Below are positions 22,425 through 33,706 of a DNA stretch of 64,000 nucleotides, piece after piece; position 1 is the stretch's first letter, and every line of letters starts with the position of its first letter. The stretch is from positions 62,001 to 126,000 of the forward strand of contig NW_013657650.1 of the NCBI RefSeq assembly GCF_000142905.1, written 5' to 3'. The position numbers were made by a program, and so were the translations under genes. This stretch comes from Thecamonas trahens ATCC 50062 (Eukaryota > Protista > Apusomonadida). Below the pieces are notes generated by a model. That model made no database searches. It was not told the origin of the DNA and was given only the letters and a program-made list of their open reading frames with translations.

Positions 22425-25400
22425 ATGCTCATCCTCCTCGTCAGTGCGGTAGTACTGGCAGCGACAGTCAGGGTCGGCGAGGCGAGCGAGACCAGGACAG
22501 GTTCGGTGGCCTCGGGAGATGCTGCGTCGATGCAGATCAGCACTGGGTTCGTCAGCAGTGATCCCGGACATGTCGATTTCGATGGCTCAGAAGAGCAAGG
22601 CGCCGCCATTTTTCAACTCTCGGGCTCGGTAGTGAGCACAACAGGGGTGATCTGGATCGAAAGTGCAATCCTCACTCTGCGAGATGTCGATGCGCCAAGC
22701 CCGATTGCTGTCAACCTTGCCTTCTACAACTACTCGGTGGCAGACAAGGGCAAGACGTTTGACGACCCGCCGTGGTCTGACTTGTTTGGGTTGGACGCCT
22801 TTCCCACCTCGGCTCCATACACAGTCACATTGTCGCCCAGCTCGCCATCGTTTGTGGCTACGACCGCGCTACGGCCTTTCCTCACAGACGCCTATTTGGC
22901 AGATGCCTTTGACGGCAATCGCTTTGCCATTCGCCTCTCCATGGTGGCTGGCGAGTGTCCGGCCGGCACCTGCCGCATCGACTTTGACCCACAGCCGTCG
23001 CTGTTCATAACTTACCATGAGGTCTGTCCCGAGATCTCGGTGGAGAACGGGTCCGTGAGTAACGATCCAACAACCGGGCGCCCGATGGCGCTCACAGGTG
23101 ACAAACTGCGTATCACCTGCGACTCTGGATTCGACGAGTCCGGCGTGGACGGCAGCGACGATGTTACCTGTCTCAGCGACGGCTCCTACTCGCCAGCCAC
23201 CCCAAGCTGTGTGGCTCTCTCGTCACCGCCACCCCCACCATCGCCACCGCCACCACCAGCACCGCCACCATCTCCTCCTCCACCACTGCCATCGCCACCA
23301 CCACCACCGCCACCATCTCCTCATCCGCCACCGCCACCGCCGTCGCCACCACCACCACCACCACCACCATCACCGCCACCGCCACTATCACCACCGCCAC
23401 CATCTCCTCCACCACCACCGCCACCATCTCCTCCACCACCACCGCCACCATCACCGCCACCGTCACCACCACCTCCGCCATCTCCACCGTGCCCGCTACC
23501 AGCGTTCTTGGACAGCTGCGGCGTGTGCTCTGGCCCAGGCACCGGTCATGTGGGTGACTCTGACCTCGACGCCTGTGGCGTTTGCTTTGGCGGCAACGGC
23601 GATCTCGACGACTGCGGAGTCTGCTTTGGAGGCAACTCTGCCAAGGACGGCTGTGGCGTGTGCTATGGAAACAACGCGACGTGCGCCGGGTGCGACGGTG
23701 TACCATACTCGGGCAAAGTACCGGATGTTTGCGGCGTGTGTGGCGGCGATGGTTCGGGGTGCTCGGGCTGCAACTTTATCCCGATCCCACTCGGCGGCGT
23801 GTGGTTTGACGGGTGCGGTGTGTGTGGCGGATCGGCCAGCATCTCGACATGCGCCACACCATGCATCGCCAACACCACGGCGGTGTTCGACTGCTTTGGA
23901 GTGTGCAACGGTACAGCATACGTCGATGACTGCGGTATGTGCGTCGGTGGCGCCACGTCGAACACAGCCAACTTTTTCAAGGATGCGTGCGGGATGTGCT
24001 TTGGCGGCGAGACTGCTCGCGATGCGTGCGGCGACTGCCACGGCGGCAACGCGCGCCGCGACGAGTGCGGCATCTGCGGTGGCGGAAACTCGCGGATGGA
24101 CAGCTGCGGGGTGTGCTTTGGCGGTGAGCGAGGCAAGGACATATGTGGCGTGTGCGGTGGAAATGGAACAAGCTGCATCGGTTGCGACGCTGTCATCGAC
24201 TCGACTGCCGCCTTTGACGCATGCGGCGTGTGCGGCGGGCACAACGAGTGTCTTCGCGAGCGCAGCTCATCCAGCTCGCTGACGTTGCCAGTGGCGGTTG
24301 GCAGCAGTGCTGGCGTCCTACTCTGCTGCGTTGTCATTGTCATCTGCATTGTCATGCTCTCGCGGCGGTCGCGACGAGTGGCGACCGAGGCCATCACTGC
24401 AAGCAAGGCCAAAGCTGCGCTTGCGGTAGCGCCACAGGGCGTAGTCATTCTCCTTGTCACCGATGTGGTCGACTCGACTCGGCTGTGGGAGGAGGTGCCG
24501 GACGTGATGGCAGCATGCTCGGTGCAGCACGATGCTATTGTGCTCAATGCTCTCGCGGCACACGACGGGTACGTGGTGCGCAACGAGGGTGACTCGTTCA
24601 TTGCCGCCTTTCCAACGTCCCGAGCGAGCGCCGCCATCGACGCTGCCCGCGACATCCAGCACGAACTTGCCAACACCGACTGGCCGCGTGGTCTCAAGTT
24701 GCGAACCCGCCAAGGCCTAGCCTGTCGCATCGGTCTGCACGCTGGTCGACCGGTGATCCGATTTGACGAGCGGACGCAGCGGGTGGCGTACGGCGGAGTT
24801 GCCATGGTCCGTGTCGACGCCATCACGAACATGGGTGGTGCCGGCGAGATTGTTGTCTCGCAAGCGGTGCTGATCATGGCCGGCGGTGGGTATGCCACTC
24901 GCGAGCTGGGCACTGCTCCAGGCGGCAGCGACGCAGTTGTGTACAAGCTGATGATGGCGAGCAGCAACGAGCTGTCAGGCTCATCCACTACCAGCGCTGA
25001 CGAAACGTCGACAACATCACTCGCGACAGCACTCGCCGGCCTCGGAAACGTGGTCCCAACGGCGACGACACAGTCTGTTCCGCAGTCGGCCCTGGCCTCG
25101 CTCGCCGAGCTGCTCTCGGATCGTGAAAGCGAGTCGTCGCACCAGTCGAGCGGGCCGGAAGTTCGCAAGTCAACCCGCTCGCAGTCGGTGGCTGTCGACC
25201 TGGGCTGGGGCCCATCGCGCCGGGCACAGGCGCCGACCCGGACTCGGACCCGAGCTGAGACCCGGAGCCGCACAAGGACCGGCTTGCGCCAGAGGGTGCG
25301 GACTAGATCAAAGCGCCGGCGTCACGCCTCGGTCGAGCTTGTCCCGTCGTCGTCACAAGCCAGCATGTGCTCCTCGATTCCCGAGCTGGCCGAGACGATC

Positions 25401-25826
25401 AGACTTCGGCAAACGCGCTCTTCACTTGGGGTGCTGCCACCTGCCGGCTCGGGCGTCTCGCGGCATCGGGTGCGATCGAGGCGCAAGCGCCGCAACCGCG
25501 ACAGGGCTACACGCTTGCGAAAGTCGTCGAGCAACGTTGTGACCAGAGGCCTGCGGCACGCCTCAATCTCGGTATGCGGTCCCGTTGTCAAGCCTTCTTC
25601 GTCTCTCGGTGCACTCGGCGCATCGATGGTCTCGTCTCCCAGCCTCTCCGCCACCGTCACAGAGTCTGGCTCCGGCTCGCACCTCACCTGCGACGATAGC
25701 ATCTCCGTTCTCATCACGCCACACCACGCCTTGACAGCCGGCACCCCGACTCCAACCGCCTTGATGAGTCTCGTCTCCAGCCCAACAGTAGGCCCCCATG
25801 CGCCGGCGTCCGAATGTGGGCGCTAG
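22425..25826 (+). CDS. Single-pass receptor-type class III nucleotidyl cyclase-like protein (signal peptide, sushi/CCP, SPPPP tract, DxCGVCGG repeats, TM, cyclase domain)
   Basis: MLILLVSAVVLAATVRVGEA signal, sushi CPEISVENG...LRITCDSGF...TCLSDGSYSPATPSC, TM AGVLLCCVVIVICIVML, cyclase VTDVVDSTRLWE...EGDSF...RIGLHAG. The start could be 22293. Confidence 0.85.
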   Translation: MLILLVSAVVLAATVRVGEASETRTGSVASGDAASMQISTGFVSSDPGHVDFDGSEEQGAAIFQLSGSVVSTTGVIWIESAILTLRDVDAPSPIAVNLAFYNYSVADKGKTFDDPPWSDLFGLDAFPTSAPYTVTLSPSSPSFVATTALRPFLTDAYLADAFDGNRFAIRLSMVAGECPAGTCRIDFDPQPSLFITYHEVCPEISVENGSVSNDPTTGRPMALTGDKLRITCDSGFDESGVDGSDDVTCLSDGSYSPATPSCVALSSPPPPPSPPPPPAPPPSPPPPLPSPPPPPPPSPHPPPPPPSPPPPPPPPSPPPPLSPPPPSPPPPPPPSPPPPPPPSPPPSPPPPPSPPCPLPAFLDSCGVCSGPGTGHVGDSDLDACGVCFGGNGDLDDCGVCFGGNSAKDGCGVCYGNNATCAGCDGVPYSGKVPDVCGVCGGDGSGCSGCNFIPIPLGGVWFDGCGVCGGSASISTCATPCIANTTAVFDCFGVCNGTAYVDDCGMCVGGATSNTANFFKDACGMCFGGETARDACGDCHGGNARRDECGICGGGNSRMDSCGVCFGGERGKDICGVCGGNGTSCIGCDAVIDSTAAFDACGVCGGHNECLRERSSSSSLTLPVAVGSSAGVLLCCVVIVICIVMLSRRSRRVATEAITASKAKAALAVAPQGVVILLVTDVVDSTRLWEEVPDVMAACSVQHDAIVLNALAAHDGYVVRNEGDSFIAAFPTSRASAAIDAARDIQHELANTDWPRGLKLRTRQGLACRIGLHAGRPVIRFDERTQRVAYGGVAMVRVDAITNMGGAGEIVVSQAVLIMAGGGYATRELGTAPGGSDAVVYKLMMASSNELSGSSTTSADETSTTSLATALAGLGNVVPTATTQSVPQSALASLAELLSDRESESSHQSSGPEVRKSTRSQSVAVDLGWGPSRRAQAPTRTRTRAETRSRTRTGLRQRVRTRSKRRRHASVELVPSSSQASMCSSIPELAETIRLRQTRSSLGVLPPAGSGVSRHRVRSRRKRRNRDRATRLRKSSSNVVTRGLRHASISVCGPVVKPSSSLGALGASMVSSPSLSATVTESGSGSHLTCDDSISVLITPHHALTAGTPTPTALMSLVSSPTVGPHAPASECGR

Positions 25827-25973
25827 CATGGTAGCCCACGTGTTTCCATTCGAGTCGGATGACGTTCCAATGAAAGAAACCGCCACAAAACTGGGCGCCG
25901 TTTTCGTGTGTCACGCTGCGCAACAGAGCAAGCAAGATCAACAACAGCACACGCGCGCGCCTGGTTCTTGATC

Positions 25974-26897
25974 ATGTCGGCATCAAGCAGTATTTCACGC
26001 GGAAGGGGTCGAAACCGCGGCAAGGGCAAGCCGGCCGCCGGTGGCAACAACCGCGAGTCGCGGAGGACCCTGGGTCGTGAGACGGTGGACATTGCCAACT
26101 CCGGCATGTGCGGTACGGTGGAGATTGGGCATCTTGTCGAGGCGGCACGAAGCGGACGGGTCGAGTACGGGCCCAAGGACGACGTGGTGAGCGAGTGGGA
26201 TGCGATCCGCGGCGAGGCGGCGGAAGTGGAGACGGTGTTCGAGGTCACGCCCGAGAGCTCGATGAAGGCGGCTCGGCGGCTGGACGCCGCAGCGCCGGGC
26301 CAGGTGGCGGTCCTCTCGTTTGCATCGGCCAAGAACCCGGGAGGCGGGGTGCTCAAGGGATCCAAGGCGCAAGAAGAGGACTTGTGCCGGGCGTCTGCGC
26401 TGTACAAGTGCCTGCTGGGCGCGCCCGGTTACGCGGCAAACAAGGCCAATGACCGCCGCGGCCTCTACACCGACCACGCACTTTACGTTCCGCAGGTCCC
26501 AGTCTTCCGGTACCCGAACGGGAGGCTCATCGCTAGCAGCTCCGAGCTCAAGGTAATGTCGTTTGTCTCGAGCGCAGCGCCAAATCGCGGGCGGCTGGGC
26601 AAGAACCGGAGTGGCGAGTGCAAGGCGGCGCTTGTGAGAAGGATTGAGCGGGCGCTGGCCATGATGGCCGTCCATGGGCACAGGCACATTGTGCTTGGCG
26701 CGTTTGGGTGCGGAGTGTTCAAGAACCCAGCTGACGAGGTGGCTGCTGTGTTTGCAGACGTGCTGCGCTCGCCGCGGTTTGCCGGAGTTTTTGAACTCGT
26801 CGTCTTTGCGGTTCTGTGCAACAGCACAGGGCGGCCGACGGCCAACTTTCGGGCGTTTGCGGCCAAGTTTGCAGCCGAGGGCGGCGCGAGCGACTAG
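25974..26897 (+). CDS. Microbial-type poly(ADP-ribose) glycohydrolase macrodomain (TIGR02452/DUF2263 family)
   Basis: FASAKNPGGGVLKGSKAQEEDLCRAS (GGG-x6-QEE catalytic loop) and LGAFGCGVFKNP. Confidence 0.92.
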   Translation: MSASSSISRGRGRNRGKGKPAAGGNNRESRRTLGRETVDIANSGMCGTVEIGHLVEAARSGRVEYGPKDDVVSEWDAIRGEAAEVETVFEVTPESSMKAARRLDAAAPGQVAVLSFASAKNPGGGVLKGSKAQEEDLCRASALYKCLLGAPGYAANKANDRRGLYTDHALYVPQVPVFRYPNGRLIASSSELKVMSFVSSAAPNRGRLGKNRSGECKAALVRRIERALAMMAVHGHRHIVLGAFGCGVFKNPADEVAAVFADVLRSPRFAGVFELVVFAVLCNSTGRPTANFRAFAAKFAAEGGASD

Positions 26898-27852
26898 TAG
26901 CCAAGCGCGCGCGAGAGGAGGCCGAGGACGCCGCCAAAGACATTGCCCCAGACAATGAGCCAGCCGAGATGCTCACGAATGACGTCCTCGATGAGGCGCT
27001 TGACGGCATCGGGTGTGAGCTCCTGGAGCTTGACGTCCATCATCTGCTCAACCTCTTCGCGCATGGTGTCGACGTTGAGCATGGAGTTTGCGTCAAACAT
27101 GTCCATCAGCAGTGGGGCCATGTCCGAACCCATGTCGAGAACAAAAGGCTTGATGATGGGCTTGAGCGAGGCCGGGTCGATGCCGAGCATGGCCAGCATC
27201 ATGCCTTCGGGCGGGCGCCGAGATCACCGAGCTTGGAGTCGATGATGGCGTCGACCTGCGGCGACTCGAGCAGAGCCTGGATCTTGTCTTCGATGTTGAT
27301 AGAGGCTGTTAACTGGCCGGCCTTTTGCTCGAGGTAGTTCTCGAGGAAGCGGCGCTCAAAGAAAGTCTTGAGAAACATGTCCTTGATGGAGGCACGGATC
27401 TCGCGGAAGCGCTTGGGAATGACGCCCGAGCCCGGCAAGCCGCACACGTTGTCAAACAGCATCTTGACGGCGAGCCAGTTGGTGACGCCGCCGGCAAAGC
27501 CAAAGAGGCCAAAGGCGAGGATGTACTGGCCAAAGACGTTGGAGCCCGAGACAGCGTCCGGCGGACAGGTCACTTTTCTGCGATCGGGCACGCCGCCCGG
27601 GGTAGACGCCACGATGATGAGGCCGAGGATCATGGCCGAAAAGGTGGCCATGTTGGAGAGCGAGCCCTTGTTGGTGAACCACCCAGCCAAGCGCTTGCCC
27701 CACGGCTCGGTTGGCCGTCTCGCCACCCCAAAGAAGTCGGTCTCGGCCTCTGCCGTCAGCCTCACGCCGCCTCTATGACCCGATGACATAGTTGGCGAGA
27801 GCGGGCGCGACGGGCCGCCTCCACTCGATGACGATGATGACAGGAAGTCCAT
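26894..27852 (-). CDS. DUF445-family membrane protein, with a frameshift at 27209-27211
   Basis: FGFAGGVTNWLAVKMLF...GSGVIPKR and C-terminal EHLGWLIVWGNVFGGVLG. The two ORFs join with +1 C as ARPEGMMLAM. Further 5' exons may lie in the gap. Confidence 0.8.
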
Positions 27853-29037
27853 TGATCTGCATGTGTGTGTGTGTGAGTGGGGGCAGGGAGGCAGGAGGTG
27901 GAGGGGGGGGGTGGGGCCGGAGGGAGGAGGGGGAGGGGGGAGGGGGGAGGNNNNNNNNNNNNNNNNNNNNNNNNNNNNNNNNNNNNNNNNNNNNNNNNNN
28001 NNNNNNNNNNNNNNNNNNNNNNNNNNNNNNNNNNNNNNNNNNNNNNNNNNNNNNNNNNNNNNNNNNNNNNNNNNNNNNNNNNNNNNNNNNNNNNNNNNNN
28101 NNNNNNNNNNNNNNNNNNNNNNNNNNNNNNNNNNNNNNNNNNNNNNNNNNNNNNNNNNNNNNNNNNNNNNNNNNNNNNNNNNNNNNNNNNNNNNNNNNNN
28201 NNNNNNNNNNNNNNNNNNNNNNNNNNNNNNNNNNNNNNNNNNNNNNNNNNNNNNNNNNNNNNNNNNNNNNNNNNNNNNNNNNNNNNNNNNNNNNNNNNNN
28301 NNNNNNNNNNNNNNNNNNNNNNNNNNNNNNNNNNNNNNNNNNNNNNNNNNNNNNNNNNNNNNNNNNNNNNNNNNNNNNNNNNNNNNNNNNNNNNNNNNNN
28401 NNNNNNNNNNNNNNNNNNNNNNNNNNNNNNNNNNNNNNNNNNNNNNNNNNNNNNNNNNNNNNNNNNNNNNNNNNNNNNNNNNNNNNNNNNNNNNNNNNNN
28501 NNNNNNNNNNNNNNNNNNNNNNNNNNNNNNNNNNNNNNNNNNNNNNNNNNNNNNNNNNNNNNNNNNNNNNNNNNNNNNNNNNCACACCCATGCTCCCATG
28601 CCCCTCCCCTACCCCCCTGCCCTCCCTTCCCCCTTCCTTCACATACAACAACGCCGGGTGGAAGAACCAGTATTATCAGATGCATGGATGATGCGCAACA
28701 GCAGTCGATCCGCTGCTGCAAAGCCATGGGGGGCTACGGGGAGGGCGGAGGGACAGGGACGGGGCCATCAAGGGGGATATGCCTGACTTCATGAACAATG
28801 GCCATGGAAAGGGGACGGAAGGAGGTGGCAGATAATCAATGGCCAACGTTCAATTAATCGATGGGTGTCGGCCGGGACAGCCCGCCGCTTCCCGCTGACC
28901 TCACCGGATGAGAGTGAGCTCAGCAGCGTGCGGCAGTGTTCGCTGGCGGCAAGGGTGGGGAGGGGTAAGACTTGACCAACAGCGACGTAAGTCGGTGGCA
29001 CAGTGAGCAAGAGCGTGGACAGGTTAACGTCGTGGTA

Positions 29038-29994
29038 ATGCGGCTAGGATTGGCGTTTGCGGTGGTCGTCCTCCTGGCGGTGGTGGCTGTTGAGGTGGCC
29101 GAGGCCGGCAAGGACTACTACAAGATCCTTGGCATTCCGCGCGACTCGCCCGAGAGAGTCATCAAGAAGGCCTTCCGCGCAGCAGCACGCAAGCACCATC
29201 CGGATCGCTCCAAGCTGCCCAAGGAAAATGCCGAGGAGAAGTTCCGCGAGATCTCAAAGGCCTACGAGGTGCTGTCGGATCCGGAGCTCCGCGAGGTGTA
29301 CGATCGCCACGGCGAGGAGGGCATCGACCGGATGAACAATGGTGGATCGCCCGGCGGCGGTGGCGGCGGTGGTGGCGGCGGCTTTAACTTTGAGTTTGGC
29401 GGCGGCGGCTTCAACTTTGGTGACATGTTTGGCGGCGGGTTCGGCGGCGGCGGCGGCGGCGGCGGCATGCGCAAGCAGGAGGCTACAGTGGAGCTCTCGC
29501 TGCGAGAGATCTACAAGGGCGGCGACAAAAAGGTGTACGTCAATACCGGCAGCGGGCAAAAGGTGGTTATTCTCGATGTGCCGGCCGGCATCCGCGAGGG
29601 CGAGTCCATCGAGTCGCCCGACGGCCGCATTGTCTTTAACGTCAAGGAGAAGAAGCACCCGCGATTCGAGCGTGCTGGCGCCCATCTACACACCTCGGTC
29701 CCGATCACGCTTCACGACGCGCTGCTGGGTACTACGGTCACGCTGCGTCACATCGACGGCTCGGACCTCGAGTTCACCATTCCGCCGGGCAAGGTTGTCT
29801 CGCCCAAGTCGAAGAAGACGTTCAAGAAAAAGGGCTTTCCCATTGTCGGCTCTCGGTCCGGCCGGCGCGGCAACCTCATTGTCACCTTTGACATCGAGTT
29901 CCCGGCAGCAGACTCGATGACCGACGCGGATCGCGCGCTCTTTGCCTCGTCGTTTGGGGACTGGGTGTATGGGAGTAAGGGAAAGGGCAAGTAA
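29038..29994 (+). CDS. Secretory-pathway type II DnaJ/Hsp40 (DNAJB11/ERdj3-like)
   Basis: Signal peptide, KDYYKILG...HPD J-domain, G/F-rich linker and DnaJ C-terminal domain (HPRFER, GNLIVTFDIEFP). Confidence 0.92.
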   Translation: MRLGLAFAVVVLLAVVAVEVAEAGKDYYKILGIPRDSPERVIKKAFRAAARKHHPDRSKLPKENAEEKFREISKAYEVLSDPELREVYDRHGEEGIDRMNNGGSPGGGGGGGGGGFNFEFGGGGFNFGDMFGGGFGGGGGGGGMRKQEATVELSLREIYKGGDKKVYVNTGSGQKVVILDVPAGIREGESIESPDGRIVFNVKEKKHPRFERAGAHLHTSVPITLHDALLGTTVTLRHIDGSDLEFTIPPGKVVSPKSKKTFKKKGFPIVGSRSGRRGNLIVTFDIEFPAADSMTDADRALFASSFGDWVYGSKGKGK

Positions 29995-30049
29995 AGAGGC
30001 GAAGGTGTGCATGTGACCGAGTCGGCAAGGTCGGCGGCAGGTCTTTACC

Positions 30050-31722
30050 TCAAGGAGCCTGGCGCTGAATGGTCTCCATCGGCCGCGGGGCGGGAATGCC
30101 GAGGCGAGAAAAGTAGCTGCCGCGGATCTGGAGCGGCGAGCGATGAAGCTTGAGGGCCTCGGCTGACTTGCGGAGGCGGAGGCGGCGGTCAATGACGCCC
30201 GTGGCGAGGCCGACTTCGAGGCTGGAGCCCGTAAAGGAGATCGAGGGCGTGACTGAGAGGCGCGGCGTCGAGGTCCAGTCCGAGGTCGAGGCGGCATCGG
30301 CAATGGCGCGCGCCTGCGACTCGGTCTGCGGGAGGACGTCGGACGAAGCGTCGGTGTCGTCGTCGTCGAGCGCGACGTACGTGCCGTTCCGCTTGGCCCG
30401 CCACTCGAGGACAGGACCGAGGAGCCGGTAGATGAAGAGGCCGGCCATGATGACGACGAGGCCGATGCCGTCGGTGGCCTTGACAGGCTTGTGGCCGGGC
30501 ACAAACGGGAGTGCAAAGACAAAGCTCGAGATGGGCAGGACAATGGTCATGGCGAGCCAGAGCAGGTTGGCATTGCCGACCTGCACCAGCGAGAGCATCA
30601 TGACGTTCATGACCAGATTGCCGAGCAAGTAGCCGTTCACAAAAAAGGGGGCCTTTTCGCAGTCGTCCGCCTCGTAGTGCTCGTCGGCGTGGAGCACAGA
30701 GTTGTGCCCGCCCGAGCACCGAAGGCCGCGCCAAAAGTTGCGCGGGAGGTCCTTTGGCGGAATGTGTGAGGCGAGGCCGGCAAGAACGAGGCCAAACGGC
30801 GCCAGGGTAAACTGGAAGAGCGAAATCCACCCGTTCATGTACACCACATCCATGTCGGCGTCGCCAAGGGCCAGCTCCTTGAAGCAAGCGCTTAGCGCCA
30901 TCGGCACGCACGAGAAGAGCATGACAATGACCCAGAGGACCGGCGCGCCTCCGGTGGGCTGGAGAAAGGTTGGAAGGAGGACAATCAAGAGTCCTGCGCC
31001 CACAACCGTCGCTCCGATGTAATGCCGCATCTTGTACTTGGCACCGAGCATGAGCTTGGAGATGATCATCGAGATGGGAATGGCCGCCTGCTGGAGGAGC
31101 ACAATCAGCGCGCCCGACTCGATAAAGTTGGTGGCAAAGCCCTGTGCGATGCCAGCCATCGAGTCGAGCCCGCCCATGACAGCAAACTTCCACTTGGGCA
31201 CCGCCCACATCTCGGCTGTGATGGCCTTTCTGTTGAAGATGACGTAGAGAATGGTGAGCGGAATGTAGGCAAAGGTGATGTACAGCGTGATGAACAGCGG
31301 ATACCGCTGCATGTACAGCGTCGCGAGCTTGGCAAAGACCTTGTTGTACGACGCCGACAAGACCAACGAGAAGAAGACAGAGAGGAGCGTCTTGGTGCTC
31401 GCCTTGGACGAAGCCTCTGCAACTCTTCTGTGAGTCCTCCCTCTCTTCCCATCCTCTCCCCCTTCCCCCACCCCCTCCCCCTTCCCCCTCTCCCTCCCCC
31501 CTCCCCAACTAGCATCATGTCCCTCGTGACATGCTCGCGGTGGCCACAGTGAAATCAGAGCAACCACACGAGGAGTCGAGGACCACCCCCTCCTCAGGGC
31601 CGGGTCACACGCATCGCCCTCCACCCTCACTCAACCGTACCAGCGGCACCGACCGAGTCTACGCTTGCCAGCAGCGGCTGAGCGTCGCTCATGCCGTTGC
31701 CATTGCCCACCTCTGTGGACAT
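30050..31722 (-). CDS. CRT-family (chloroquine resistance transporter-like) DMT transporter; exons 31722-31641 and 31416-30050
   Basis: About 10 TM helices. KFAVMGGLDS, LLQQAAIPISM, CFKELAL and GLRCSGG...DDC motifs. The phase-1 GTACGG..TTGCAG intron restores the frame. Confidence 0.88.
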
Positions 31723-32009
31723 GGTGAGCGAGGTGTGGTACTCAAACTTGGTTGCCGCCGCTGGCGCTGGCCGTCGCCAGCCGCCAATCAATGGCGTGAG
31801 CCAACGCGCGACGGCGCGCGTGACTTGGGGACTCGCCCACCTCGCACGTGGCAACAGCCGAGCAGCCACAGGCTTCGCTGTGGCACATCATCCAAAATCG
31901 CCTTGTTTAAGCTTTCAAGACACTAACAACAGCATGCCACTGCTACCTGGCGACTACATATATGCAGTCGCCAGGTAGCTATGGTGGGCTGTTTCAACAC
32001 TCGGACATT

Positions 32010-32904
32010 TCAGAGGACATACGCGAGAAGCGACGAGACCGCCCGGGTCACGGACGCGCTCTTCGACTTGGCAGCCGCCGCATCGCCGGCGAGGCCGAGC
32101 TCGGCACCTTCGCTGACCGAGTAGCACGTCGTCGGTGCGATAAAGGTGCCCGGCGCCACGGTGTCAGTCTGGAAGAGGAACGAGATGCGGCTGATGTTCT
32201 CGTTTGCCGTCAAGTTGTACGACGAGATGCCGAGGATCTGCGCGTTGTCCACCGAGGTATACACCGTTGTCGCGACGTCCTCCTCCGAGAAAAACCACTC
32301 GTACGTGTCCTGCCCGTACCACGAGGCAACGCCGATAAGCTTGGCATCCGCCAGCGGGGACTTCACCAGCGCACCGTCGGCCGGCTGCGAGTTGCACACG
32401 ATGTTGTTGCCAGTCTCTGGCGAGGAAACCATCACCATCTCCATGCCCATGGTCGTGCCGTCCGAAGTATAGTTGGCAATGTGCGACATGGTTAACGCCG
32501 TCGTTGAAAAATCCAGCCGGATCTGCAGCGTGTCCATATCCCAGTGCCTACATCAAAACCGTCAAGTGCCGCACCCACCCCCGCAGCCACCCGTCCCGTC
32601 CCCACGTACGTCCGTGAGCACCACAGCCTTCCTCCCTCCCTAACCACAACCACACCCACACCCACAACCGATCACACCTCTACCTTTCCTCACCATCACA
32701 CCACATGCTCTGTCCCGATGCGATTCCCCACCTGCTGTGCACGTACAAGTTGCCCACGCCCCCGGTGCTGCCAGCCATCATCACAAGTGACGATGAGAAC
32801 TGGCGCGGGAAGCTAGGCGGGACAGGCTTGCTGGCCGAGGCGAGAGCCGTCAGAGCAAGCAGTGCAGCAAGTGCAGGAACACAGGTCTTCAAAGTAGGAC
32901 TCAT
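32010..32904 (-). CDS. Ependymin-related (EPDR-like) secreted/lysosomal protein; exons 32904-32747 and 32547-32010
   Basis: Signal peptide, PPSFPRQF N-terminal motif and C-terminal FIAPTTC (FxxPxxC). Phase-2 GTACGT..TAG intron with CTTGAC branch site. Confidence 0.7.
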
Positions 32905-33706
32905 GTCCGTCTGCAAGAGAAGCGTGGTGTGACATGGAGACGTCCGTGTCTGTACAGGAGGCTTGGCTTTGACGCGCCGACTTCTTTTTTTCGCCCGCCC
33001 CTTCCACATGCCACACACGCACAAGTCAGTCGTAGTTGCATCGCATCCTCCCAGGCTGCCAGCACCAACCCATGCATGGTCAGCAAAGGCTCATCAGAGC
33101 ATACTCCTTGCCGCTGTAAACAGGCACAGGCCCGAAGCCACTTCTTCTCTGCGCCCCCCCCCCCCCGAATCGGATAACGCCAATACTGCCGTCACAGTAA
33201 AATCAATGCATCTTCAAACGGAACGGGCACCTTATTCGATCAGCAACCCGCAGACACTCGTCGGACCGCCTCCTCATTGATATCCAGATCGCTTTGTGTC
33301 GACTAGCACTCAGTTCGGTCTCCTGATGACTTCTATCCGTCTGAGAAAAATCCGGATTTGATTGAAGTTAGAGATGAGAGTCGTTAGGNNNNNNNNNNNN
33401 NNNNNNNNNNNNNNNNNNNNNNNNNNNNNNNNNNNNNNNNNNNNNNNNNNNNNNNNNNNNNNNNNNNNNNNNNNNNNNNNNNNNNNNNCTTTTTCATACC
33501 ATTTTTTTCGCCGTTTCCAGCCGCGCGCGCGCGAACGCCCACTTTTCCGCCCATTCAGGCACCCGACCGTCAACAAGTATTGATGGTTTGTTGATTACAA
33601 GCGAACAAGCAAGCAGCCACCTCGCTCTGTTCTTCTCCTCTTCGCCCTCCTCCACCACCACCACCACCACCAACCATTGATAGTGTGGGGTAAGAGAGGA
33701 GACAGG

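Noticed and set aside
27762-28794. ORFs running through N gaps (also near 33.4, 39.5, 53.3 and 58.0 kb)
   Set aside because: They stay open only because N contains no stop codons.
33310-33388. Possible C/D-box snoRNA (TGATGA..CTGA) in an AT-richer stretch
   Set aside because: It is cut off by the gap, and I could not identify a terminal stem or an rRNA target.
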